Part shown: positions 9,149-18,148 of the stretch, piece by piece | Numbering within the stretch: position 1 is the stretch's first letter | How the letters are laid out: every line of letters begins with the position of its first letter | DNA from: Flavobacteriales bacterium 32-35-8 | Lineage (GTDB): Bacteria; Bacteroidota; Bacteroidia; Flavobacteriales; Flavobacteriaceae | Assembly (NCBI GenBank): GCA_002280395.1 | Contig: NCDW01000002.1 | Coordinates: forward strand, 1 to 47,837 | Length of the DNA stretch: 47,837 bases | Direction of reading: 5' to 3' | Program-made: the position numbers and the translations under genes | The notes under the pieces: model-generated | Seen by the model: only the letters and a program-made list of their open reading frames with translations | Told to the model about the DNA's origin: nothing | The model's database searches: none

Positions 9149-9538
9149 TCAATCATCTATAAAAGGCTTTAAATAGATTAAGGCTTCATGCCGTGTCGTA
9201 AATAGTTTCGTTGGTACCGTTGGTTTGCTGATGTGTAGATAAAAATTGCTAATGGTCAGGGAAACCTGTTCATGGATTATCAGGGCGGCAGCCGTGATCA
9301 GTACGGAGCCTGACTTTGCCAAATAGTCCCTGCCAGCTTTATCGGAATCTATAATGCCCCTGATGTCACATAGCACGGGGTAAGGTTTGCCGTCCTGCAA
9401 AAGTATCCTATCGGCAACCACGCGTTTGGCGACCTTTAGGTTGATGGTAGTCTGGGGTTTGTATTCTATGAAGAGAATGTGTTCGGCAAACCAAAATCTG
9501 GCATAATCATTCTCATAACTATCATGTGCTGCAATCAT
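9149..9538 (-). CDS. SpoIIAA/STAS-SEC14-like small protein
   Basis: 129 aa with the pattern YPVLCDIRGI..SDKAGRDYLA...AAALII...PTKLF....EAL.YL, typical of this fold. Confidence 0.6.
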   Translation of the reverse strand: MIAAHDSYENDYARFWFAEHILFIEYKPQTTINLKVAKRVVADRILLQDGKPYPVLCDIRGIIDSDKAGRDYLAKSGSVLITAAALIIHEQVSLTISNFYLHISKPTVPTKLFTTRHEALIYLKPFIDD

Positions 9539-9602
9539 GCTTTATGAGGTTTTGAAAGTAATATAATAAAAATAAAAATAATTTGTATGAAAAGTATTGT
9601 CG

Positions 9603-9647
9603 ATTTGGGATAATTTGATACGATTTGTAGGATTTGTTGTGTATTTG
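9603..9647. repeat. Five phased ATTTG direct repeats in the divergent promoter region
   Basis: ATTTG occurs at 9603, 9613, 9623, 9632 and 9643. Confidence 0.55.
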
Positions 9648-9782
9648 GGAATTTCAATTGTCATTTATGGAATATTCAAGGTTTTGATATAAATGGTTTA
9701 AAATTTTATAAAGAATTTTAAGAATCATCGGAAAAGCAAAGAATATTTCAATAAAAATTTTAATTCTAAAACACATATAAAA

Positions 9783-12191
9783 ATGGCAAAAATCAAACAA
9801 AACAATTTTCTGGATAGCGTAAATGATGTGTTTACGGATGCCATTCAGGAGGGCGTACTGCATTTATATGCAGAAGGGGGTCGATTTTCAGGAAGAACGA
9901 TTGGGGTTAAGGAAAGGACGTTGTTTCATTTTGGAACTACGGGTTATTTGGGGCTAGAGCAGGATTCCAGATTAAAGAGTGCCGCTATTAGGGCCATTCA
10001 ACTTTACGGCACCCAATTTCCGTTGTCCAAATCCTATATTTCGCATCCATTATATAGGGCATTGGAGGAAGCCATGGCACAAATGTATCAATGTGAAACC
10101 ATCATTACCAAGAATAGCACTTTAGGGCATATGGGAGTGATACCAAGTGTCGTGGATGATGGAGATGCCATTATCTTGGACCATCAGGTACATTGGAGCG
10201 TGCAAAGTGCCAGTAAGGTATTGAAGACCAGAAGTGTACCCATAGACATGATCCGGCATAATGATTTGAATATGTTGGAGGATAAGATAAAAACGTATGC
10301 CAATGCACGTCAAAGAATTTGGTACATGGCCGATGGCATCTATTCCATGTTTGGTGATTATGCCCCGGTTCAGGAACTGAAAGCCTTAAGTTTGAAATAT
10401 CCCCAATTGCACCTTTATTTTGATGATGTGCATGGCATGAGCTGGATAGGGAAAAACGGAACAGGGTATGTGCTGAGCGAAATCGATTTGGACGATAATG
10501 TTTTTGTCTTTGGAACCTTGAGTAAGACCTTTGGTGCCAGTGGCGCCGTATTGGTCTGTTCCAATAAAAAAATGTACAAGCGCATCAAGACCTTCGGTGG
10601 CCCCTTAACCTTTTCGGCACAGCTGGAACCTGCTTCCGTGGCTGCGGCAACGGCTTCTGCAATGATCCATCTTTCCCCTGAAATCCATACGCTTCAAGAT
10701 GAATTAAGGGAACGGATAACATTTTTTAATGCGCTTTTGGAGCAGACGGACCTTCCATTGGTTGATAAAAATAAGTCTCCAGTGTTCTATATTGGGACTG
10801 GGATGCCACAAACGGGCTATAATTTTGTGAACCGTCTTATGAAGGAAGGGTTTTATGTCAATCTCGGATTGTTTCCAGCAGTGCCCGTTAAGAACACTGG
10901 GGTTAGGATTACCATTTCAAGGCACAACCAGAAACAGGAAATCGCAGAATTGGTTTCCGCCATGTCTTACCATTTTCCAAAGGCCTTGGAAGATACCCAT
11001 ACGAATAGCAATCGTGTGTTCCATGCCTTTAAATTGGACAGTGCTTCATCGCTCCATCAGCCATTCCATAAGGATATCACCATACAACTTGAGGACTCAA
11101 TAACAAAAGTGGATAAAGCCGTTTGGAATGACTGTGTTGGTAAACATGGGGTATATGATTGGGAAGGTCTGAAATTTCTAGAGGATACCTTTAGAGGTCA
11201 TGTATTAAGGGAACATAACTGGACGTTTAGGTACCTGATGATTTATGACCGGAAAGGGAACCCCATTTTATCAACCTTCCTGACTTTGGGACTATGGAAG
11301 GATGATGTGCTGGCACCTGTCAACGTGTCCAGCACCATTGAGAGGGAACGCATATCAAAGCCCTACCACCTCACTTCTGAGGTGCTCAGTCTAGGCTCTC
11401 TTTTTACGGAAGGTAACCACATGTATATGGACCAAGGACATCCCTTGAAATTGCAGGCACTTACGGCGATGATGCATACCTTGGAAACCCTTCAGGTCGG
11501 TTTGGGGGCCAAAATGGTCGTGCTCCGGGATTTTACAGAAAAGGAACCTTTTCACAACTATTTTCAGGGCCAGGGATTTGTCAGGGTTCAAATGCCCGAT
11601 GCCTGTACCATGGAACTTGGCCATTTTGATACCATGGAAGCCTATGTTGCGACATTATCTTCCCGAAACAGACAGCATCTAAGGAAGGAAATACTGGCCT
11701 TGGAGCCACGGTTTAAAATTGATATACTCAAGACTGCCAATAGGCAGCAATTGAAACAGATACAAGCCCTATACGCCAATGTGCATCAAAACAATTTAGG
11801 CCTCAATACCTTTCCATTTCCGGAATCCCTGTTTGAAAACATGTCCAAACACACCGATTGGGAATTCATCACCATCAGCTTACTGGAATGTCCAGACCAT
11901 ATGGTTGGTGCCATGCTTTGTTATAAGAACCAAGGAAAAACCTTTGTTCCCGCCTTTGTTGGACTGGATTATGGATACCTTAAAGAGTACCATTGCTACC
12001 GACAACTGTTGTACCAAACCATTAAGCGTGCCCGGGCATTAAAAATGGAACGTATTGATTTTGGAATGACGGCAGCTTTTGAGAAGCGAAAATTGGGAGC
12101 TAAGGTAGAAGCAAAATATGCCTATATCCAAGCATCGGACAATTACACCTTGGAACTTATGGGCATTATGGAAGGGCATCAATCATCTTAA
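9783..12191 (+). CDS. Fusion of a PLP-dependent alpha-oxoamine synthase (BioF/KBL-like, aminotransferase class I/II) and a GNAT/FemAB-like acyltransferase
   Basis: N-half has GTTGYLGL, DHQVHWS, DGIYSMFGD, DDVHG and GTLSKTFG (PLP lysine). C-half is GNAT-like, ending IDFGMTAAFEKRKLGA. Confidence 0.85.
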   Translation: MAKIKQNNFLDSVNDVFTDAIQEGVLHLYAEGGRFSGRTIGVKERTLFHFGTTGYLGLEQDSRLKSAAIRAIQLYGTQFPLSKSYISHPLYRALEEAMAQMYQCETIITKNSTLGHMGVIPSVVDDGDAIILDHQVHWSVQSASKVLKTRSVPIDMIRHNDLNMLEDKIKTYANARQRIWYMADGIYSMFGDYAPVQELKALSLKYPQLHLYFDDVHGMSWIGKNGTGYVLSEIDLDDNVFVFGTLSKTFGASGAVLVCSNKKMYKRIKTFGGPLTFSAQLEPASVAAATASAMIHLSPEIHTLQDELRERITFFNALLEQTDLPLVDKNKSPVFYIGTGMPQTGYNFVNRLMKEGFYVNLGLFPAVPVKNTGVRITISRHNQKQEIAELVSAMSYHFPKALEDTHTNSNRVFHAFKLDSASSLHQPFHKDITIQLEDSITKVDKAVWNDCVGKHGVYDWEGLKFLEDTFRGHVLREHNWTFRYLMIYDRKGNPILSTFLTLGLWKDDVLAPVNVSSTIERERISKPYHLTSEVLSLGSLFTEGNHMYMDQGHPLKLQALTAMMHTLETLQVGLGAKMVVLRDFTEKEPFHNYFQGQGFVRVQMPDACTMELGHFDTMEAYVATLSSRNRQHLRKEILALEPRFKIDILKTANRQQLKQIQALYANVHQNNLGLNTFPFPESLFENMSKHTDWEFITISLLECPDHMVGAMLCYKNQGKTFVPAFVGLDYGYLKEYHCYRQLLYQTIKRARALKMERIDFGMTAAFEKRKLGAKVEAKYAYIQASDNYTLELMGIMEGHQSS

Positions 12192-12207
12192 ACCATGATT
12201 CGAGTGT

Positions 12208-13047
12208 ATGGCATACCAGGCGTTGATATCTGAATTTGAAACGAAGTTGGAGGCTTTGGAAGCCAGTTATGATGATATTCTATATAAAGCGGAACATGGG
12301 ATTACCTACACCGAAAAATGCATTAAGAGCCTTCGGGAAGCCATAGTCCAAAATGGATTTCCATCCATAAAAGAAGAAATCCATTTTTTTAAGCATGTGA
12401 AGCCACAAATCTTCAGCAAGCTCATCTATTATGTCAAGCTCTATAAAATTGAAAGTAAACGCCCAAGGAGCAGCTCCAAGTTTCAGGTCAAGTACCTAAA
12501 CAACCAAATCAATAAGCTACAGGTCTTTTTTAATGATAATCTAGAGTTCTACCGATATTATCGAAGGGGCGCATCAGCCCTTGATGAACAATATTTTGTG
12601 AGGGGAAAATCAGACCTGCGTTCCCCTACGGAATCCTTCCACTTTTTTACCGATGAACAATTTTCAACCTGCCAGGATAGTACAGTCGCTACCATCATGG
12701 CTTATGACATGCTTATTGTGTATTTACAACAGGAAATAAAATCCTTGGAAACCCATGAAGTTAACCCAAAAATAAACCCCATGAAACAAATATCAAAGCT
12801 TTTCTGGACGGGAAGCAAAACGGAATTAATAGAACTCATATATGCCCTGCACAGCAGTGGTGCCATCAATAGTGGAACAGCGGATATCAAGGAGATGGCA
12901 TCCTTATTTGAACAGATGTTCAATATCGATCTTGGAAATTATTACCATACCTTCATTGAAATAAGGGCAAGGAAATGCAGTAAGACAAAATTCTTGGATA
13001 AACTGATCGAAGCCCTAGGTAAACGATTTGATGAATCGGATAGTTGA
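12208..13047 (+). CDS. rteC: RteC-family conjugative transposon regulator
   Basis: EEIHFFKHVKP, FYRYYRRG...D..YFVRG and WTGSKTELIELIYAL are RteC motifs. Confidence 0.9.
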   Translation: MAYQALISEFETKLEALEASYDDILYKAEHGITYTEKCIKSLREAIVQNGFPSIKEEIHFFKHVKPQIFSKLIYYVKLYKIESKRPRSSSKFQVKYLNNQINKLQVFFNDNLEFYRYYRRGASALDEQYFVRGKSDLRSPTESFHFFTDEQFSTCQDSTVATIMAYDMLIVYLQQEIKSLETHEVNPKINPMKQISKLFWTGSKTELIELIYALHSSGAINSGTADIKEMASLFEQMFNIDLGNYYHTFIEIRARKCSKTKFLDKLIEALGKRFDESDS

Positions 13048-13331
13048 TCCCTAGTTCGCCCCAAGTTGGGAGGTTGGATTTTGGAACGGTATGGCTGTCC
13101 TTTATGGACATTTACGGCCATGGACAACTTTTTGTTTGTACCATGCCGATCCAAAAATGCCCAAAAAAAATGATGATAAAAAAGACCCACCTCTGGGTGG
13201 ACTATTGATATAACTTCAAAATTGTTCCTGAGTTTTGTAGCACGAAAGTCAAATCAGGGCAAAGTCGCCCAAACGTTATTTTTAGGGATGATAATACGGG
13301 CGGCTTTGTTTTTTAAAAATCTATGTTACTT

Positions 13332-13610
13332 ATGGGAGCAACCATCATCACTACGGAAGATCTTCGGGAATTTAAGAAGGAATTACTGAATGATATCAAA
13401 CAATTATTGAATAACCAGACGGGACAGCATCCCAAAAAATGGCTAAAATCACCGGAAGTCAGGGAACTGTTGGGTATTTCCCCAGGAACCCTACAGAACC
13501 TACGTATCAATGGGACATTGCCCTATACCAAAGTGGGAGGGGTACTCTATTACGAACACAAAGAGATACAGGAGTTATTGGAAAGCAATAGGGTCCATAA
13601 TAAATTCTAA
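13332..13610 (+). CDS. HTH_17/MerR-like DNA-binding protein (excisionase-like)
   Basis: IITTEDLREFK...KWLKSPEVRELLGISPGTLQNLRINGTLPYTKVGG. Confidence 0.88.
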   Translation: MGATIITTEDLREFKKELLNDIKQLLNNQTGQHPKKWLKSPEVRELLGISPGTLQNLRINGTLPYTKVGGVLYYEHKEIQELLESNRVHNKF

Positions 13611-13619
13611 ACAACCATT

Positions 13620-14159
13620 TTGGAGGAGATTAATTATATCAAGCACCTCAATGCGGTTTTTTTGTGTTTCTCAAGGGATAATAGGCTCAATCCAACCCAT
13701 ATCAGTCTCTATGTCGCATTGTTCCAATTATGGAACCAGAATTACTTTAAACCCGAATTCTATATCAATCGCGAGGAGGTCATGTCGTTTTCGAAAATCG
13801 GGTCCAAAAGCACCTACCACCGTTGCGTTAAGGAATTAAGCCTTTGGAGCTATATTTTATATGAGCCCTCCCACAATCCCTTTAAGGGCAGCCGCATTAA
13901 GATGTTCGATTTTGGGACAAGTTCTGGACAAGCTCTGGACCAAAGCCGTACCAATAATGGGACAAGCAGTGGACAAGCATTGGTACCTATAAACAAACAT
14001 ATACAAACATTGGAAAACATTAAAAACTTAAACAAACGGGAAAATTTAAAAAATTTGATTTTTGAAAATCCTGAAACAAATGGCAAACGGATTGAAAGTG
14101 TCCCATATCAGGACAACTTAAAAACAAGTTCGGATAAAAAATACAATGAGCCTTTATGA
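13620..14159 (+). CDS. Winged-helix protein, putative replication initiator
   Basis: Has HISLYVALFQLWN...SKSTYHRCVKEL, internal DNA repeats encoding GTSSGQAL twice, and overlaps a DnaC-like ATPase gene. Confidence 0.55.
   Translation: MEEINYIKHLNAVFLCFSRDNRLNPTHISLYVALFQLWNQNYFKPEFYINREEVMSFSKIGSKSTYHRCVKELSLWSYILYEPSHNPFKGSRIKMFDFGTSSGQALDQSRTNNGTSSGQALVPINKHIQTLENIKNLNKRENLKNLIFENPETNGKRIESVPYQDNLKTSSDKKYNEPL
13915..14027 (+). repeat. Iteron-like GGACAAG repeats followed by an A-rich AAACAT tract
   Basis: GGACAAG at 13915, 13926, 13960 and 13971, a variant at 13937, then AAACAAACAT-ATACAAACAT-TGGAAAACAT-TAAAAACTTAAACAAAC. Confidence 0.6.
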
Positions 14160-14818
14160 GTATCAGAAAACCACATATCATTTTGGAAGGTAACGTGGAA
14201 TATACCCTAGGGCATATCCAGGATGATCTGATTCTTTATGATTTTGATAGTATCCTTGTTTACCTGAACGCCAAAGGGAAGCTATTGTTTGGTGATGCCT
14301 TTAAGCTATTCGATGAGGATCGAGACATTGTTTTTAGGCTCTGCAATTACATGATCCGGGATGAAGCCAACTGTAAAAAGTTGGATATGGATGTCCGAAA
14401 GGGCGTTTTGTTGACCGGTCCCGTAGGTTGCGGTAAAACCAGTTTGATGACATTGCTCAGGCACATTGTGCCACACCAAAAACCCTATAAAATGATGCCC
14501 TGCAGAAATATTGTTTTTGGATTTAATCACGTTGGTTATAAAACCATTGAGGATTTTGGGAATGGACAGTGCTTTTGCTTTGATGATCTTGGTGTGGAAC
14601 CCATGGGAAGGCATTATGGTAAAGATTGCAATGTCATGGGTGAAGTCTTGCTTTCCAGATATGATTTATTTCTAAGCTATAGCATTAAAACCCATGCCAC
14701 AACCAATCTCAATGCCCAGGAATTGGAAGAGCGCTACGGCATTCGGGTGCGTTCACGTATGAGGGAGTTGTTTAATTTGGTGGCGTTTGATGATGGGAGC
14801 AAAGATAAAAGGACATAA
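14156..14818 (+). CDS. P-loop ATPase, DnaC/IstB-like
   Basis: Walker A GPVGCGKT, Walker B CFDDLG, and TTNL...ERYG.RVRSRMRE. Confidence 0.8.
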   Translation: MSIRKPHIILEGNVEYTLGHIQDDLILYDFDSILVYLNAKGKLLFGDAFKLFDEDRDIVFRLCNYMIRDEANCKKLDMDVRKGVLLTGPVGCGKTSLMTLLRHIVPHQKPYKMMPCRNIVFGFNHVGYKTIEDFGNGQCFCFDDLGVEPMGRHYGKDCNVMGEVLLSRYDLFLSYSIKTHATTNLNAQELEERYGIRVRSRMRELFNLVAFDDGSKDKRT

Positions 14819-14985
14819 GTCATAAGTTTTAAGACCATATAAAGGCTTATTTTTAGAAGATAAATAATTTATTAAAGATCAATTAAACTTTGGCAAAAAC
14901 AAGGAAAATTTGCCAAACATATATTAGGACTAAAGATAGTTTTCCAATCACAAGGGGTCAATAACACATTCAATTATAAAAAAAC

Positions 14986-15032
14986 GATTGTTATTTCAAT
15001 CATATTGGCTATATTTGCTTGAAATAACAATC
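14986..15032 (+). promoter_or_regulatory. hipBA promoter (Bacteroidota -7 box) flanked by a 14-bp inverted repeat, likely the operator
   Basis: GATTGTTATTTCAA (14986-14999) and TTGAAATAACAATC (15019-15032) flank TATATTTG (15010-15017), which matches TAnnTTTG. Confidence 0.7.
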
Positions 15033-15041
15033 ATTTATGAA

Positions 15042-15329
15042 ATGGGAAAGAAAAAACAAATATTGTTTCCAAAGCATAAGGATATCCTTAAACAGATGGG
15101 TGGTAATATTAAGTTGGCCCGTAGAAGAAGGAAACTGACCCAAGCGCAAGTTGCGGAAAGGGCAGATATTGTTAGGAGCACCTTGTACCTCATTGAAACG
15201 GGAAACCCTAGCGTAGCGATAGGTGCCTATTTCAACGTAATGCGTGCATTGGGACTTCAGGAAGATTTTTTGAAGTTGGCAGCTGATGATGGGTTTGGCA
15301 GAAAACTGCAGGACATGGAGTTGCTTTAA
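15042..15329 (+). CDS. hipB: XRE-family HTH antitoxin (HipB-like)
   Basis: IKLARRRRKLTQAQVAERADI.RSTLYLIETGNPSV, directly upstream of hipA. Confidence 0.8.
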   Translation: MGKKKQILFPKHKDILKQMGGNIKLARRRRKLTQAQVAERADIVRSTLYLIETGNPSVAIGAYFNVMRALGLQEDFLKLAADDGFGRKLQDMELL

Positions 15330-15383
15330 TCCTTAAAATGGGCGGGGTCAATAGATCTTTTATTTTTTAAATTAAAACCAAAA

Positions 15384-16634
15384 ATGGCTACTGGAAAATT
15401 AGACATATACGTATTTGCCCATTGGAAAGGCATGCAAAAACCCCAATTAATCGGGACCCTTTCGGCATTATATGCCAAAGGAAGGAAGGCATTTAGTTTT
15501 GAATATGAAAAGGGCTGGGTGGCATCCAAACAACAAATGCTCTTGGATCCGGATATTCAATTCTACACCGGTCCACAATACCCAAACAATAAGGTAAACT
15601 TTGGGGTGTTCTTGGACAGTATGCCCGATACTTGGGGGCGTACACTAATGAAACGAAAGGAAGTACAACGTGCAAATGAAGAAGGGGAAAGGGCAAGGAC
15701 ATTATACGAAGTGGATTATTTGTTGGGTGTTTATGATGAAAGCCGTATGGGGGGCTTACGGTTCAAGACGGATATCAACGGTCCTTTTTTGGATGATAAT
15801 GACCTATCGCCGACACCTCCATGGTCATCAATACGCGAGCTTCAAGAGGCGGCAAAAGGTTTTGAAAATGAAGAAACCAATGATGACGTTAAAAAGTGGC
15901 TGGACATATTAATGGCACCAGGATCTTCTTTAGGGGGTGCACGGCCTAAAGCAAATATTTTGGACGAAAATAATGAGCCATGGATTGCTAAATTCCCTTC
16001 CAAAAATGATACAACGGATAAAGCGGCATGGGAATATTTGGCCTATCGACTGGCTCTAAAGGCAGGTATTCACATGGCGCCCTCAAGAATAGAAAAGGTA
16101 TCGGGACAATTTAATACATTTTTCACAAAACGATTTGATCGAGAAGAAGGTGAACGTGTCCATTTTGCATCTGCAATGACTATGACGGGCAATAATGAGG
16201 GCACCGTCAGGGACCAGCAAGCCAGTTATTTGGATATGGCTGAGTTCATTCAAAACCAAGGTGCCATGGTCAATGAAAACCTAGAACAGCTTTGGCGTAG
16301 AATCGTATTCAATATAGCCATTTCAAATACTGATGACCACCTGAGAAACCATGGCTTTATCTTAACAAGCCTAGGATGGGTACTGTCACCAGCCTATGAT
16401 TTAAACCCATCAATTGATAAAGATGGTTTGTCATTAAATATTGATGTAAATAACAACGAACTGGATTATGGTTTGGCAAAAAGTGTGGGCCTTTTTTTTC
16501 GCTTGACAGAACCGGAAATGAATGCTATAATAGCTGAAGTTATATCCGCAGTTACGGAATGGAAAAAGGAAGCCGATGCCTTAGGGATTTCCAGAAGGGA
16601 GCAGGAGATTATGTCCAAGGCGTTTAATATATAG
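15384..16634 (+). CDS. hipA: HipA-family Ser/Thr kinase toxin
   Basis: GSSLGGARPKA, NTDDHLRNHGF, LSPAYDLNP and an N-terminal FSFEY domain. Confidence 0.92.
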   Translation: MATGKLDIYVFAHWKGMQKPQLIGTLSALYAKGRKAFSFEYEKGWVASKQQMLLDPDIQFYTGPQYPNNKVNFGVFLDSMPDTWGRTLMKRKEVQRANEEGERARTLYEVDYLLGVYDESRMGGLRFKTDINGPFLDDNDLSPTPPWSSIRELQEAAKGFENEETNDDVKKWLDILMAPGSSLGGARPKANILDENNEPWIAKFPSKNDTTDKAAWEYLAYRLALKAGIHMAPSRIEKVSGQFNTFFTKRFDREEGERVHFASAMTMTGNNEGTVRDQQASYLDMAEFIQNQGAMVNENLEQLWRRIVFNIAISNTDDHLRNHGFILTSLGWVLSPAYDLNPSIDKDGLSLNIDVNNNELDYGLAKSVGLFFRLTEPEMNAIIAEVISAVTEWKKEADALGISRREQEIMSKAFNI

Positions 16635-16719
16635 AACCCATTTCAACAAATTGACAGCCTCTTTTAAAAAATAAAATAGACTTGTTTTTTAGCTTATTGT
16701 AACATCTAAAAAAATTCTT

Positions 16720-17373
16720 TCAAATTTCCAAATAATCAATGATGCCAATCAGTATGGCTAATGCCAATGCTTTTTTATTTGCGGGTTTCATGAAATAGCT
16801 GGCTTCATCCCAATTAGTCACAAAACCCAATTCAACAAGAACCGCAGGACAAAAACCGGACATGTTGCGCAATACTTGAAAATCGGAAAACTTCACACCC
16901 CGTATTCCAAGACCCAATTTCTTGTAACTCTCATTCAGAATTGATAAACTTAATGAAGTAGATGCCTTGAGATAGGGATTGTCCGAGCTATGGGCATAAA
17001 CCTCCATGCCCTTGGAATTTACTTGAGAGGCATTGCAATGCAATGACACAAACACATCGGCATCTAAGGCTTTAGCCAACCGACTTCTCTTTGCAAGTGA
17101 TACAAAAGCATCACTATATCTGGTCAAATAGATATTCAGTTTACCATCCAATAAGATGTCATTAAGATCCAAAATGTTCCTGGCAACGGCCAAGGCAACA
17201 TCCTTTTCTTGGATGCCATGGATACCTATCGCCCCAGGGTCATATCCACCATGCCCAACATCAATAATGATTCTTTTTTTGGACTCCGTATTTTGACCAA
17301 AAACCAAGTACATATTCACCAGGGCTAGAAGAAATACGACGTTTTTGAGGTGGCATTTTAATTTTTTTTTCAT
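16720..17373 (-). CDS. N-acetylmuramoyl-L-alanine amidase (Amidase_3)
   Basis: Zinc-binding motifs IIIDVGHGG.DPGA, EKDVAL, FVSLHCN and VLVELGF, plus a signal peptide. Confidence 0.9.
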   Translation of the reverse strand: MKKKLKCHLKNVVFLLALVNMYLVFGQNTESKKRIIIDVGHGGYDPGAIGIHGIQEKDVALAVARNILDLNDILLDGKLNIYLTRYSDAFVSLAKRSRLAKALDADVFVSLHCNASQVNSKGMEVYAHSSDNPYLKASTSLSLSILNESYKKLGLGIRGVKFSDFQVLRNMSGFCPAVLVELGFVTNWDEASYFMKPANKKALALAILIGIIDYLEI

Positions 17374-17550
17374 AATCCAGCGATTTTTTAGGGCACAAAT
17401 CCATATGGTTTATTGCCTTTTGTTTGCAATTGAAAACAATTGAAAACAATTAATATTTTTTATTTAAAATATTGATAATCAATTTTTTAAATGTAAATAT
17501 ATTGTAATTTTCATACATCGAAACTATTAAAAATTTAAACTTTAGTTCTT

Positions 17551-17838
17551 ATGAAAAAATCAATCTATTTAAGCTTGCTTTTGTGCTTTGTTTCAATCGC
17601 CCTATTTGCTCAAATTGGGGGCATTGAAGATTCCGTTAATGATGTTTCGGATACCATACGTGCCATATTCCCGATCATCCTAGGCGTCATCTTCTTAATA
17701 GGCTTTTTATTCAATGCAGGCCATTTCTTTGGGGAAAATGCCGATTTAAAAAAGGGCATTACCCGGGTATTGGTCTTTGTACTCATCGCAGGGGCTGTTG
17801 TGGGCATCTTTACCTATTTAATAGGCATTGTGGTATAA
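17551..17838 (+). CDS. Conjugative pilin-like membrane protein (TraE/VirB2-like)
   Basis: Signal peptide plus two hydrophobic helices; first gene of the tra cluster. Confidence 0.6.
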   Translation: MKKSIYLSLLLCFVSIALFAQIGGIEDSVNDVSDTIRAIFPIILGVIFLIGFLFNAGHFFGENADLKKGITRVLVFVLIAGAVVGIFTYLIGIVV

Positions 17839-17863
17839 ACCTTACGAAAGAATTGTAAAGCAC

Positions 17864-18148
17864 ATGAAAAAGTACGAAGTCTATCGAAACATTAGAAAGC
17901 GGGCAATGATCATGGGTTTGCCCATATCATTGTTTGCCTTGATGGTAACGGCCATCATTGGCTCACTGCTGTTTATCATTTTTTCCTTCAGTATGTTGGC
18001 CATCATAGGGGTATTTTTTTTCAATGCCATGCTCTACATCATATTGACCCGCGTAACCAAAAACCCATCCCTTTGGCGATTTAATAAGGTATTTCCCCAA
18101 ACCATTAGTAACAAAAAACAAACCCTCTTGGAGTATGAAGACTATTAA
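17864..18148 (+). CDS. TraF/VirB3-like membrane protein
   Basis: Y.VYRNIRKRA.IMGL plus two TM segments; overlaps the traG start. Confidence 0.6.
   Translation: MKKYEVYRNIRKRAMIMGLPISLFALMVTAIIGSLLFIIFSFSMLAIIGVFFFNAMLYIILTRVTKNPSLWRFNKVFPQTISNKKQTLLEYEDY

Noticed and set aside
9654-9863. 69-aa minus-strand ORF, and the other short antisense or nested ORFs in the track
   Set aside because: They overlap well-supported genes or AT-rich promoter DNA and show no recognisable motifs.
9783-12191. Biotin synthesis gene bioF
   Set aside because: It has a large GNAT fusion, no bioA/B/C/D neighbours and an ICE regulatory context, so the symbol is withheld.
13915-13990. CRISPR array or similar repeat-spacer system (also considered for 26392-26479 and 36632-36699)
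   Set aside because: Repeats are only 7-10 nt with no unique 25-40 nt spacers, and no cas genes are present.
14156-14818. IS21 element (IstB)
   Set aside because: There is no IstA transposase or terminal inverted repeats; a helicase-loader-like role fits the context better.
17420-17500. AATTGAAAAC duplication and AT-rich palindromes between the amidase and tra genes as an oriT
   Set aside because: Low complexity, no recognisable nic motif and no relaxase nearby; more likely divergent promoter DNA.
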